From an uncultured Candidatus Bathyarchaeia archaeon (GTDB taxonomy: Archaea; Thermoproteota; Bathyarchaeia; Bathyarchaeales; Bathycorpusculaceae): a stretch of DNA of 23,268 nt. Of the stretch, positions 8,395-16,634 are shown one piece after another (within the stretch, counting starts at the first letter, position 1; each line of letters opens with the position of its first letter). The stretch is taken from assembly GCA_964450845.1 (NCBI GenBank), contig CAYVGZ010000013.1:1-23268 (forward strand), given 5' to 3'. Below the pieces are notes generated by a model. It saw nothing but the letters and a program-made list of their open reading frames with translations. It did no database searches and had not been told where the DNA came from. Both the position numbers and the translations under genes were made by a program.

Positions 8395-9162
8395 TCACGC
8401 GCTTATTTTTGGTGGTGGGCGGACTGGCTTGCCGAGTTTTCTGCGAAGTGCAATGCGATAAAGTTTCCTAAGAGATTTTATTAGTTGCTCAACACTAGGT
8501 AAACTGGAATATATGAGGGGGATTCTGTCATATTCCGCCAACTTTATCGAGTTTTCGTCAGGTTTGACGCCGTAGAAAACCACCACTCGCGGTTTTAAGC
8601 TGTTTATGCGTACAATCATCATTGGTGAATTTTCCATTCTTATATTTGTGAAAATTAATGCCCTTTCAGTTGTTGCACCAAAAAGCTGAGAATACTCTAA
8701 CCCAGAAAGGGTTTCAACAGCCTTTTTTCCGTCCACAACCGTATAGCCATAAACTTCCTTAACGTAGCTGTTGGAGCATGCCACGATTTCGCCTTTAATG
8801 GCTTTGCATAGGTATTCAACGCGAACTGGTATTGGAAACTCGCGAAGGTCTATTACAGCCATGCTTGGTGAGCTTGTCAACTTGGCGAACTCACGGATAA
8901 ATCGGCTCCCACGTTCCTCGTCAATTTTCAATAGAGCCCACACAAATCTTCTAACAAACTTTGTACCAGGACTTTTTCGTCTCCCACTTTCATAGTCGCT
9001 GATGACGGAGGATGAAAGCACCATCTTGTCTGAAAGGTTCATCTGTGAAACAGCGAAGAGTTCACGCCATTTTCGCATGGTTGCCCCTGGCTTGCTTGAA
9101 AGAATTATCTCGCCAGCAATTCTTCTTGCGAGAACTTCGCGAACGCTTGGAGACACAGACAT
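8395..9162 (-). CDS. Conserved archaeal XRE-type HTH transcriptional regulator (COG1709-like) with DRTGG-like C-terminal domain
   Basis: IAGEIILS..PGATMRKWRELF.VSQ...SSVISDYESGRRKSPG N-terminus; GYTVVDGKKAV, ERALIFT and SPMMIVR motifs. Confidence 0.8.
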   Translation of the reverse strand: MSVSPSVREVLARRIAGEIILSSKPGATMRKWRELFAVSQMNLSDKMVLSSSVISDYESGRRKSPGTKFVRRFVWALLKIDEERGSRFIREFAKLTSSPSMAVIDLREFPIPVRVEYLCKAIKGEIVACSNSYVKEVYGYTVVDGKKAVETLSGLEYSQLFGATTERALIFTNIRMENSPMMIVRINSLKPRVVVFYGVKPDENSIKLAEYDRIPLIYSSLPSVEQLIKSLRKLYRIALRRKLGKPVRPPPKISA

Positions 9163-9346
9163 GTTGACGCTACCTTTTTCAGTCCGCCAAGTTTTCCTTT
9201 AGAACATGATGCACTATAAAAACTATACTAAGCAGTATGAAACCTTCGCTTTACTAACTAATGAAAATTGGTGCAGCCAACGTTTTTCTCTGCATTTTCA
9301 AGAAACTGAAATGATAAAAGTTTTTAGTTCAGCACATAAGTAGAGA

Positions 9347-10126
9347 GTGGTGTTTAAAGTGTCTTTCCGCGATAGAATAGAGCAGATTGCGAGAAGTAAA
9401 GAATCCAAAATTGTTTTAGCGTTAGACTTTCCCTTTGAAAAACCAGAAAATCGAGGCAACCTTTTCTCTAAGGCAGAACATGTTTTGGATGCCGTGCATC
9501 CGTATATTTGTGCTGTGAAGTTCAATCATCATCTGGTTCTTCCTCTTGGCGCGTTTGATGGTGTTCAAAAACTTGTGAAAAAAGCCCATAGTTTGGGGCT
9601 TATGGCAATAATGGACTGCAAAGTGAACGATATTGGATCGACAAATCAGGTTATTGCAGAGTATTATTATACAGCTGGCTTCGACGCTCTCATAGCTAAC
9701 CCGTTCATAGGGTGGGAAGAAGGTTTAGAACCAATTTTCAAAGTTGCGCATAGGTTACAACGGGGTGTGATTCTCCTTGTTTACATGAGTCATAAAGGGG
9801 CAAGTGAAGGCTATGGACAAACGATCTATGACGTTGAATCTGGACAAAAGACATCGCAGTATGTTTCCTTTGCGAAAAAAGCCTTAAAACTGGAAGCTGA
9901 CGGGGCTGTTGTCGGCGCTACATATCCGGAAAAAATAAGGGAAGTCCATGAAATACTTGGCGAAAAAACTCGAATATACTCGCCTGGAATAGGTGCTCAA
10001 GGCGGAGAAATAAAATCCGCTCTGAAGGCTGGAGCCCATTATCTTATTGTGGGAAGAGCCATAACGCTTGCAGAAAACCCTGAGGAATCAGCGAGGGAAA
10101 TTAGAAATTTCGCCAAGTTAGAATAG
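9347..10126 (+). CDS. pyrF: Orotidine 5'-phosphate decarboxylase (exact start among several GTG codons uncertain)
   Basis: IVLALD, AVK, DCKVNDIGST (DxKxxDI), AVVGATYPE, SPGIGAQGG and IVGRAI motifs. Confidence 0.95.
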   Translation: MVFKVSFRDRIEQIARSKESKIVLALDFPFEKPENRGNLFSKAEHVLDAVHPYICAVKFNHHLVLPLGAFDGVQKLVKKAHSLGLMAIMDCKVNDIGSTNQVIAEYYYTAGFDALIANPFIGWEEGLEPIFKVAHRLQRGVILLVYMSHKGASEGYGQTIYDVESGQKTSQYVSFAKKALKLEADGAVVGATYPEKIREVHEILGEKTRIYSPGIGAQGGEIKSALKAGAHYLIVGRAITLAENPEESAREIRNFAKLE

Positions 10127-10157
10127 ATGTGAATCGAAAAATAGGATTAAGAGAGTT

Positions 10158-10310
10158 TTATCTTTCGCGTCTTTCCCAAAGCTCTTTTTTCAGCAAGTCT
10201 CTAACTGACGATCTTATGGCTGCACTTCTGCTCGGATACATGTTCGCCCTGACAAGCTCATCTAACCCTTCTAAATAAGCCTCAGGCAACAAAACTGTCA
10301 CGAGTTTCAT
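10158..10310 (-). CDS. Ribbon-helix-helix (CopG/Arc/MetJ-type) DNA-binding protein, 50 aa
   Basis: MKLVTVLLPEAYLEGLDELV...YPSRSAAIRSSVRDLL; GAGGG SD upstream of ATG 10310. Confidence 0.85.
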   Translation of the reverse strand: MKLVTVLLPEAYLEGLDELVRANMYPSRSAAIRSSVRDLLKKELWERRER

Positions 10311-10382
10311 GCTAATTTCCCTCAAACATGTTATGCATATAATATGCTGCAAATATAAAACTTGACCAAACCTTTCTGATCC

Positions 10383-10727
10383 TTAGAGGCTATCTTTAAT
10401 GGTGTGCATCTCTTTCAGAGTATCCCTAAACGATTTGTATACGTCCTCAACGTAAATGTTGCGACGACGAATTCCAGTTTGAACTGCTCCAGCGGCTACT
10501 AAAAATATACCTATTGTTTCGCTTATTGGAGTGGGCTCGGGAAACACTATTAATGCTAAACCCAGTTTTATGAGCTTAGACTTTTTTCCATCTTGCCACA
10601 GTTGTCTTGTTGTTTTGACTTCTTTAATTGTTCCCTTCATTGCTTGTATTAAATCTACATAGCTTTCGTTTAACTCTTTTAGGGCGTCAACCTTAGCTTT
10701 CATGTCGTTGGTCTTCATTTGAATCAC
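10383..10727 (-). CDS. Hypothetical protein with a hydrophobic helical hairpin
   Basis: 114-aa ORF filling the intergenic gap; LIKLGLALIVFPEPTPISETIGIFLVAAG segment. Confidence 0.65.
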   Translation of the reverse strand: MIQMKTNDMKAKVDALKELNESYVDLIQAMKGTIKEVKTTRQLWQDGKKSKLIKLGLALIVFPEPTPISETIGIFLVAAGAVQTGIRRRNIYVEDVYKSFRDTLKEMHTIKDSL

Positions 10728-11022
10728 ACGAACCTTCTTTAATATAGAAATGCCGAAGCAGAAAAACTTTAATTCCTAAAATGTTCCCAGTTAACGCTCT
10801 CTTTTCTATAGTATCACTCAGTTTTTAAAAGATGATTTGTAAATTTACAATTCTGGCTCTAGTGATTTTATTGTTTAGTGGAAATGTTGCGGGTTATAGG
10901 AGATGGAATTTTGCCTAAAATTTTTATCTGTTGACCTATATAGCCTATCAATTATATCTGCCGAGCAAATACATAAATTGTGAAACAGCAAATCAGTTAA
11001 AAGTTTAAGAGGAGTAGTGGCG

Positions 11023-12228
11023 ATGTTGGAAGCATTTGACCCGAAAATTTTTGTTGAAGCCGAAGTTGAGAAAATAAGAGAGAGCATCGGCAACGAAAAG
11101 GCGTTGGTCGCTGTTTCTGGCGGTGTTGACAGCACAGCATGCGCCGTGCTAACGCATAGGGCGATAGGCGAAAATCTTGTTTGCGTAATTTTGGACGACG
11201 CTTTCATGCGCGAGGGTGAACCTGAACACGTAGCTGAAATCCTCTCCAAGCCGCCTTTCAACGTTCCTATGAAAATAGTCAACGTTCGTGAACGTTTTTT
11301 ACAAGCCATGAAGGGCTTAAGAAACGCTGAAGAAAAACGTAAAATGTTCCGTGAAACTTTCTATCGCGTTTTAAGCGAAACAGCCAGAAAAGAAGATTGC
11401 AAAATTCTTGTGCAGGGTACGATTCGTGCAGACATTTTAGAAACTGTAGGTGGCGTAAAAACACAACATAATGTTTTGGCGCAGATGGGCATAAATCCTT
11501 TGGAGCGCTACGGTTTCAAAGTCGTTGAACCCCTTGTGACACTATTCAAGGAACAAGTTAGAATGGTAGCGAGATACCTTGAATTGCCAAGCGAATTTTC
11601 TGAACGGCAACCGTTTCCAGGACCAGGCTTGTCTGTTCGTGTGGTTGGAGAAATTCGCCCCGATAAGCTAGAAACAGTAAAGAAGGCAACTGCCATCGTG
11701 GAACGCGAGTTGGCTCAACATAAGCCCAGCCAATACTTCGCTATAGTCATTGATAATGAAGAAGGTGTTCAGCAGTCTGGAATCTCTTACATCCAAGAAA
11801 CTGCGGCACGACTTTTTAATGTTCCCTCAAGAAATGTTCATGTAAGAATTTTTGCGGACAAGGCTACTGGAGTGGAGGGTGGAAAAAGACGCTACGGCGA
11901 AATAGTTGGCTTAAAAGTCCAAACTGTGAACGGAAAAGTTCATCAAACAGCAATTCAGAACATGGTTTCGCTTCAAGCAAAAATAGTTACTGAAAGACCA
12001 GCATTTGCGAGGGTTTTCTATGCTATTAAGGATTTGGCGGAGAAAAAACCATTTGTTATAGGCGTGCGATCTGTGCAAACAAAAGATTTCTTAATGGCAA
12101 CGGTTTCGGAAATACCTTGGGCAACACTGAGTAAGGTTGCAGAAGAGATAGTTCAAGAATGCCCTGATGTCTCAGCAGTTTATTATGATGTCACTCCAAA
12201 ACCACCAGCAACCATTGAAATGGAATAG
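11023..12228 (+). CDS. guaAB: GMP synthase subunit B (ATP pyrophosphatase subunit), extended form; ATG 11023
   Basis: VAVSGGVDS PP-loop; LVQGTI..D, VKTQHNV, EPL..LFKEQVR, QPFPGPGLSVR and YDVTPKPPATIEME motifs; AGGAG SD at 11010-11014. Confidence 0.9.
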   Translation: MLEAFDPKIFVEAEVEKIRESIGNEKALVAVSGGVDSTACAVLTHRAIGENLVCVILDDAFMREGEPEHVAEILSKPPFNVPMKIVNVRERFLQAMKGLRNAEEKRKMFRETFYRVLSETARKEDCKILVQGTIRADILETVGGVKTQHNVLAQMGINPLERYGFKVVEPLVTLFKEQVRMVARYLELPSEFSERQPFPGPGLSVRVVGEIRPDKLETVKKATAIVERELAQHKPSQYFAIVIDNEEGVQQSGISYIQETAARLFNVPSRNVHVRIFADKATGVEGGKRRYGEIVGLKVQTVNGKVHQTAIQNMVSLQAKIVTERPAFARVFYAIKDLAEKKPFVIGVRSVQTKDFLMATVSEIPWATLSKVAEEIVQECPDVSAVYYDVTPKPPATIEME

Positions 12229-12280
12229 CTTGATTAGGAAAGGTAATAAAGCCTCTTACAGTTTACTTTGATGAAGAATC

Positions 12281-12607
12281 ATGTTTCGTGTTAGGGTGCA
12301 TAAAATCGAATCCATTCGGGATTTGGATGGCAATCTTGGAAAGCGTATAGAGTTAATCGAGGATAGACAGATTTCACGTTTTGTGGTTAGACCGCAGACA
12401 GAGGAAGCAAAGGTTGTGCAAGACGTAATGCAAGCGTTGCAGCAGCAGTTGCCCATGTTTCCAGGAAGGGCAGAATTGGCTGTTCCAAAAATAATTTTGT
12501 TCCTAACGGAACAGGAGTATGAAAGCTTAGGCATAGAGTTTGATGTAAACCAAACTTATGAGATAATGCTGGAAAACCAAACGATACGGTTTAGGAAAAC
12601 TGCATAA
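12281..12607 (+). CDS. Arcadin-1-like protein
   Basis: VPKIILFLTEQEYESLG..DV..TYEI.LEN..I C-terminus and N-terminal beta-hairpin match my recollection of Pyrobaculum Arcadin-1; not verified by search. Confidence 0.7.
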   Translation: MFRVRVHKIESIRDLDGNLGKRIELIEDRQISRFVVRPQTEEAKVVQDVMQALQQQLPMFPGRAELAVPKIILFLTEQEYESLGIEFDVNQTYEIMLENQTIRFRKTA

Positions 12608-12938
12608 TCCCATTTCTTATTTGCCTTAATGCTGAATGTTTCGGATGGAAAGACAACACAAACATCATGTTTCTTAAAGCGGTATAGATCTCTTGTATGC
12701 TGGTTTTTTCGCTTTTATCGCAATAGATTGGGATGGGTTCTTCGTCGCCATTTTTATAATAAACATAGATTGGCGTGATTTTCTCCCCAAACGTAACGAT
12801 TTCAAAACTCAACTTCAGTAGCTTAGCCATCTTTTCAGTTGCCATACTCACAGATTTAAGCCGCTTTTCATGTGACGTGAAACTTGAAGCATAAATAACT
12901 AACTTTCTATTGGGGTTCTCCAATTTGTCAGTCACCAA
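12591..12938 (-). CDS. Hypothetical protein (115 aa)
   Basis: ORF fills the gap and has a protein-like alpha/beta pattern; overlaps the Arcadin-1-like gene tail-to-tail by 17 nt. Confidence 0.65.
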   Translation of the reverse strand: MVTDKLENPNRKLVIYASSFTSHEKRLKSVSMATEKMAKLLKLSFEIVTFGEKITPIYVYYKNGDEEPIPIYCDKSEKTSIQEIYTALRNMMFVLSFHPKHSALRQIRNGIMQFS

Positions 12939-13078
12939 AAAACCAACATTGTGTAAGCATTTTTAAAACAAGCGTTAAAACGACATGCCTAGACTGCACA
13001 GAGAGATGAGTGAAAGTGAAACTTGATAAACCTCAGACTATAAAATTTTAGGCACATCCAGCGCAAGCGGTGAATCAT

Positions 13079-13366
13079 ATGATGGTTAGAGCCCATGTAT
13101 TCATAAGTGGCATGGTGCAAGGTGTTTTCTTCAGATCAGAAACGAGACACGAAGCCAAAAAACATGATGTAAATGGATGGATCTGCAATGTCCCTGATGG
13201 CAGGGTTGAAGCCGTTTTTGAAGGCGAAGAGAAAAATGTAAAAGAGATCATAGAATTCTGCAGGCGGGGACCGTCAGGAGCAAGAGTCACAAACGTAGAC
13301 ATAACATGGGAGAATTACACAGGCAAGTTTAGAAATTTTGAAGTAAAGTACGGATACCGCTTCTAA
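13079..13366 (+). CDS. acyP: Acylphosphatase
   Basis: VQGVFFR (catalytic Arg), GWICN.PDGRVEAVFEG (catalytic Asn) and GPSGARV motifs; GGTGA SD at 13069-13073. Confidence 0.95.
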   Translation: MMVRAHVFISGMVQGVFFRSETRHEAKKHDVNGWICNVPDGRVEAVFEGEEKNVKEIIEFCRRGPSGARVTNVDITWENYTGKFRNFEVKYGYRF

Positions 13367-13395
13367 TTCCACTAGGTCGACTTCTTGAAGTTTTG

Positions 13396-13417
13396 GTTCA
13401 ACCTATATATAAGGGGG
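13396..13417 (-). repeat. Copy 2 of the 22-bp motif (CCCCCTTATATATAGGTTGAAC on the minus strand), between convergent genes
   Basis: 21/22 identical to 6066-6087. Confidence 0.75.
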
Positions 13418-13461
13418 TAATAGGCTCTGAGAGCGCTAAACTGAAAAATTCTCTCGTCGAT

Positions 13462-13869
13462 CTATGCTCTTTTTCTGGGCACTCTGAAGTGCGATGCCTT
13501 TCCAGCGCTTATGTACTCGCCACCTATTCCACGCACTGCAGAAGCTATTTTGGCAAAGTTTTCTGAACCCAAAAACTGACGCGGCTTTATCATTATATAA
13601 TCTTCCTTTTCCTCAAAACTTAATAGACTCTCCAAATCTTCTGGGAACATCATTTTAATGTCCTCTATTGACTGCATCCTTTCAGGAGCCCTTTGCATCA
13701 CAGGTGCAGGTGTTGGGGAAGTAGCTAATGGCTGAGGAAGCTGTGAAACAGCAATCGCTTTTAGGGATATTGACACTTGTCGAAGGTCTTCTGCAACTTG
13801 GTTCAATACCATGAGCAGTTCATCAATTCTCTGTACAAGCCTTTCAAGGCTCTTCTGTTCTTCACTCAT
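13462..13869 (-). CDS. Hypothetical protein: N-terminal coiled coil, Pro-rich linker, small C-terminal alpha/beta domain; ATG 13869 likely
   Basis: Heptad pattern LERLVQRIDELLMVLNQVAEDLRQVSISL; QPLATSPTPAP linker; purine-rich SD-like stretch before ATG 13869. Confidence 0.75.
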   Translation of the reverse strand: MSEEQKSLERLVQRIDELLMVLNQVAEDLRQVSISLKAIAVSQLPQPLATSPTPAPVMQRAPERMQSIEDIKMMFPEDLESLLSFEEKEDYIMIKPRQFLGSENFAKIASAVRGIGGEYISAGKASHFRVPRKRA

Positions 13870-13980
13870 ACGCCTTCTTCCTTCCAAATCCTTAATACTC
13901 AACGCATTTATTAATTGTTTGCGACTCTTTCAGTAATTTATGCACATGGCAATAAACTAAACAAAAGGAGCCTACAATAC

Positions 13981-15018
13981 GTGATCGAGATCGATGGGAG
14001 CCAAAAAAGTGGAAGCGGCACAATTCTCAGATTGTCTATTGCCCTAGCCGCGATATTGGGACAGCCCTTGCACATTTACAACATTAGACAGAATAGACCA
14101 CAATCAGGTCTGAGACCCCAACACTTAGAAGCAGCATTAACAGCTGCGAAGCTTTGTGATGCTGAACTAGAAGGAGCAGAACTTAACTCGCATGAACTCT
14201 GGTTCAAACCCAAAAAGGTGAGAGGTGGAAAAGTTGAGGCTGAGATTGGCACTGCTGGAAGCATTCCAATGCTTCTGATAACAGTTCTACCCATCTGCGT
14301 CTTTGCAGAAAACCCTGTGCATTTACATGTTTCAAAAGGCGGAACAGATGTCCAGAATTCCCCCACCATCAACTACATAAGACATGTGCTTCTGCCAACA
14401 TTGAGGCGCATGGAAGTCAGTGCAGCATTAACAGTTCACAAGTATGGCTATTACCCCAAAGGCATGGGAGAAGTAACAATGACCACGGAGCCATGCGATT
14501 CTCTAAAACCTTTATGTTTAGAAAATTTCGGCAAAATACAAGCAATAAAGGGCGTTTCAGTTTGCACGTTCCTTGCCGAAAGAAGAGTTGCTGAACGTCA
14601 AGCAAAAGCAGCAAATGACTACCTCAAAGAAAAGGGTTACACAGCAGACATTCAAATAATAAATGATAAATCAAATCCTCTACAGAAAGGCAGCTCTCTT
14701 GTCTTATGGACTGAAGCAAACACAAGTGCAATTTTGGGAGCTGACGCAATCGGCGAACTCAAAAAAACAAGCGAAACCGTTGGAAGAGAAGCAGCCGAAA
14801 AGCTCTATACAGAAATCTCCACCAAACCTACCGTTGACGCACATTTGGCTGACATGCTAATCCCCTACGTAGCGTTGGCAAAAGGAAGATCCGCTTATCT
14901 AACACGGACAATTTCAGAACATTTAGAAACAAACATTTGGCTTGCAGAAAAAATGTTGAACGTGAAATTCAATGTTGAAAAGGTAAGTGGACTTTACAAG
15001 GTTGAGAAAGTTGGTTGA
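13981..15018 (+). CDS. rtcA: RNA 3'-terminal phosphate cyclase; GTG start at 13981
   Basis: IRQNRPQSGLRPQHL, TAGSIPMLL, GGTDV, GYYPKG and VDAHLADML (catalytic His region) motifs; AGGAG SD at 13966-13970. Confidence 0.93.
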   Translation: MIEIDGSQKSGSGTILRLSIALAAILGQPLHIYNIRQNRPQSGLRPQHLEAALTAAKLCDAELEGAELNSHELWFKPKKVRGGKVEAEIGTAGSIPMLLITVLPICVFAENPVHLHVSKGGTDVQNSPTINYIRHVLLPTLRRMEVSAALTVHKYGYYPKGMGEVTMTTEPCDSLKPLCLENFGKIQAIKGVSVCTFLAERRVAERQAKAANDYLKEKGYTADIQIINDKSNPLQKGSSLVLWTEANTSAILGADAIGELKKTSETVGREAAEKLYTEISTKPTVDAHLADMLIPYVALAKGRSAYLTRTISEHLETNIWLAEKMLNVKFNVEKVSGLYKVEKVG

Positions 15019-15052
15019 CTAGACAGATATGACTTGCAGGGAGTAAGAGTTC

Positions 15053-16126
15053 TTGGAGCATCCAACGTCCCTATGTATTAAAGTTCCGAAAACTTACGGC
15101 GAAAAAGCCATAATCTTAGTTAACAAACTGGAAATTGCAAAAAGAGAACTGGAAATCCAGAGAAACAAGAATTTCCTCTACATTCCACTCACCCATCAAC
15201 CATCAGCAAACGAATTAAACACGCTTAAAAAACAAATTCCAGATTACGAAATTTTAACTTACACTTTTCCAGAAAGAAAAAAGCAAGTAAAAACGTTTGC
15301 CGAAATGCTTCAAGATACGCTTTCTCCACATTTATTAGCCAGTCTGCCACGCTCAATAGACCTTATCGGTGACATAGCCATAATCGAAATTCCCCCAGAG
15401 CTTGACGCATACAAACGTATAATTGGTGAAGCCATTCTGAAAACACAAAAAAACGTGCGCACAGTACTTGTCAAAAAAGGCGCCGTCAGCGGAACTTATA
15501 GACTAAGAGAATTCAGCGTAATCGCGGGAGAACCTAAAACCGAAACAATCCACAAAGAGCACGGCTGCCAATATTATCTGGATGTTGCAAAAGCCTACTT
15601 TTCTCCACGTCTTTCATATGAGCACAACAGGGTTGCGTCCCTTGTTAAACAAGGTGAAACAGTCATAGACTTATTCGCTGGTGTTGGGCCTTTTGCTATA
15701 CAAATTGCAAAAACTCATGAAGATGTCAAAGTTTACGCCATAGACGTGAACCCAAATGCAGTCGAGTTTCTCAAAAGAAACATTAGACTTAACAGGGTTG
15801 AAGGCAAAGTCCATCCAATTTTGGCAGATGCGAAACAAGTTGTTGAAGAGAGACTTGCAGGAGTTGCGGATCGCGTGATTATGAATTTGCCAGAAAAAGC
15901 AATAGAATTTGTGGAAGCCTCATGCAGGGCATTAAAGCCAGATGGTGGCATAGTGCATTTTTACAGTTTTGTTAGTGCCGAGGTTTCATTAGAGAATATT
16001 CAACTCCGTTTCATAGAAGCAGTTGAAAAATGTGGGAGGAAAGTGGAAAAAATATTTTTCTCTAGACTTGTTCGTGCAACAGCCCCTTACGAGTGGCAAG
16101 CAGTTATAGACGCAAAAATCCATTGA
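15053..16126 (+). CDS. trm5: tRNA (guanine37-N1)-methyltransferase, Trm5 family
   Basis: IGDIAII, YFSPRLSYEHNR, DLFAGVGPF, IDVNP and DRVIMNLP (the NLP motif favours Trm5 over Tyw2); N-terminal D1 domain present. Confidence 0.85.
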   Translation: MEHPTSLCIKVPKTYGEKAIILVNKLEIAKRELEIQRNKNFLYIPLTHQPSANELNTLKKQIPDYEILTYTFPERKKQVKTFAEMLQDTLSPHLLASLPRSIDLIGDIAIIEIPPELDAYKRIIGEAILKTQKNVRTVLVKKGAVSGTYRLREFSVIAGEPKTETIHKEHGCQYYLDVAKAYFSPRLSYEHNRVASLVKQGETVIDLFAGVGPFAIQIAKTHEDVKVYAIDVNPNAVEFLKRNIRLNRVEGKVHPILADAKQVVEERLAGVADRVIMNLPEKAIEFVEASCRALKPDGGIVHFYSFVSAEVSLENIQLRFIEAVEKCGRKVEKIFFSRLVRATAPYEWQAVIDAKIH

Positions 16127-16170
16127 ACATTAACCCTACTTAGCGTTATATGAATTAATTATGAACTAAA

Positions 16171-16596
16171 TTAGACTTTGACGGTTAACGTAATTTTCAC
16201 TTTTTGTTCTGGGTTTTTCAGTTTCTCTGCAAGCTTTCTTGATAAATCGCATGCAGCTTTATCCGCTTGAATTGCCAATGTTCGGTTGCATATGTAATTG
16301 CTTTTTCTCACAACCATGTCTGTGGGATGTGTCAAAATCAGCCGCGCACTCCCAGAAGCATTCACTACTTCCACAATGTCTTCAATCTCGATTATCATGG
16401 TTATTTTGGCGTTTTTGTTTTTCAGTTTTTTCTTAAATTCTGGATGTAAATCATTGATGGCTTTGTTTGCTGACACTGCAATGATGCAGTCGCCTTTTTT
16501 CGACAATTCAGCTTCCCTTGTAATCTCAAGCGTTGACTTATGTGTGGCTTGGATGTTTTTGTGTCCCCAAGCGAATATAACTTCAGTGACTTCCAT
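16171..16596 (-). CDS. DUF371 family protein
   Basis: GHKNIQATHKSTLEIT, GDCIIAVSA, LTHPTDMVVRKS and ADKAACDL motifs. Confidence 0.9.
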   Translation of the reverse strand: MEVTEVIFAWGHKNIQATHKSTLEITREAELSKKGDCIIAVSANKAINDLHPEFKKKLKNKNAKITMIIEIEDIVEVVNASGSARLILTHPTDMVVRKSNYICNRTLAIQADKAACDLSRKLAEKLKNPEQKVKITLTVKV

Positions 16597-16634
16597 AGCA
16601 TCCCCTCTAAACTGCTGTGCAAGCTAAAAAATCT

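Noticed and set aside
10909-10919. 11-mer TTTTGCCTAAA shared by the regions upstream of GMP synthase B and glmS (18240-18250)
   Set aside because: An AT-rich 11-mer match between intergenic regions is expected by chance.
10884-10983. Short ORFs upstream of GMP synthase B (MLRVIGDGILPKIFIC; MEFCLKF...)
   Set aside because: They are very short, lack a properly spaced SD and show no recognisable motif.
13396-13417. Origin recognition box, suggested by the G-string
   Set aside because: It lacks the TCCA...GAAA ORB core, and no cdc6/orc1 gene is in the window.
13418-13461. C/D box sRNA, suggested by CTGA motifs
   Set aside because: There is no RUGAUGA C box.
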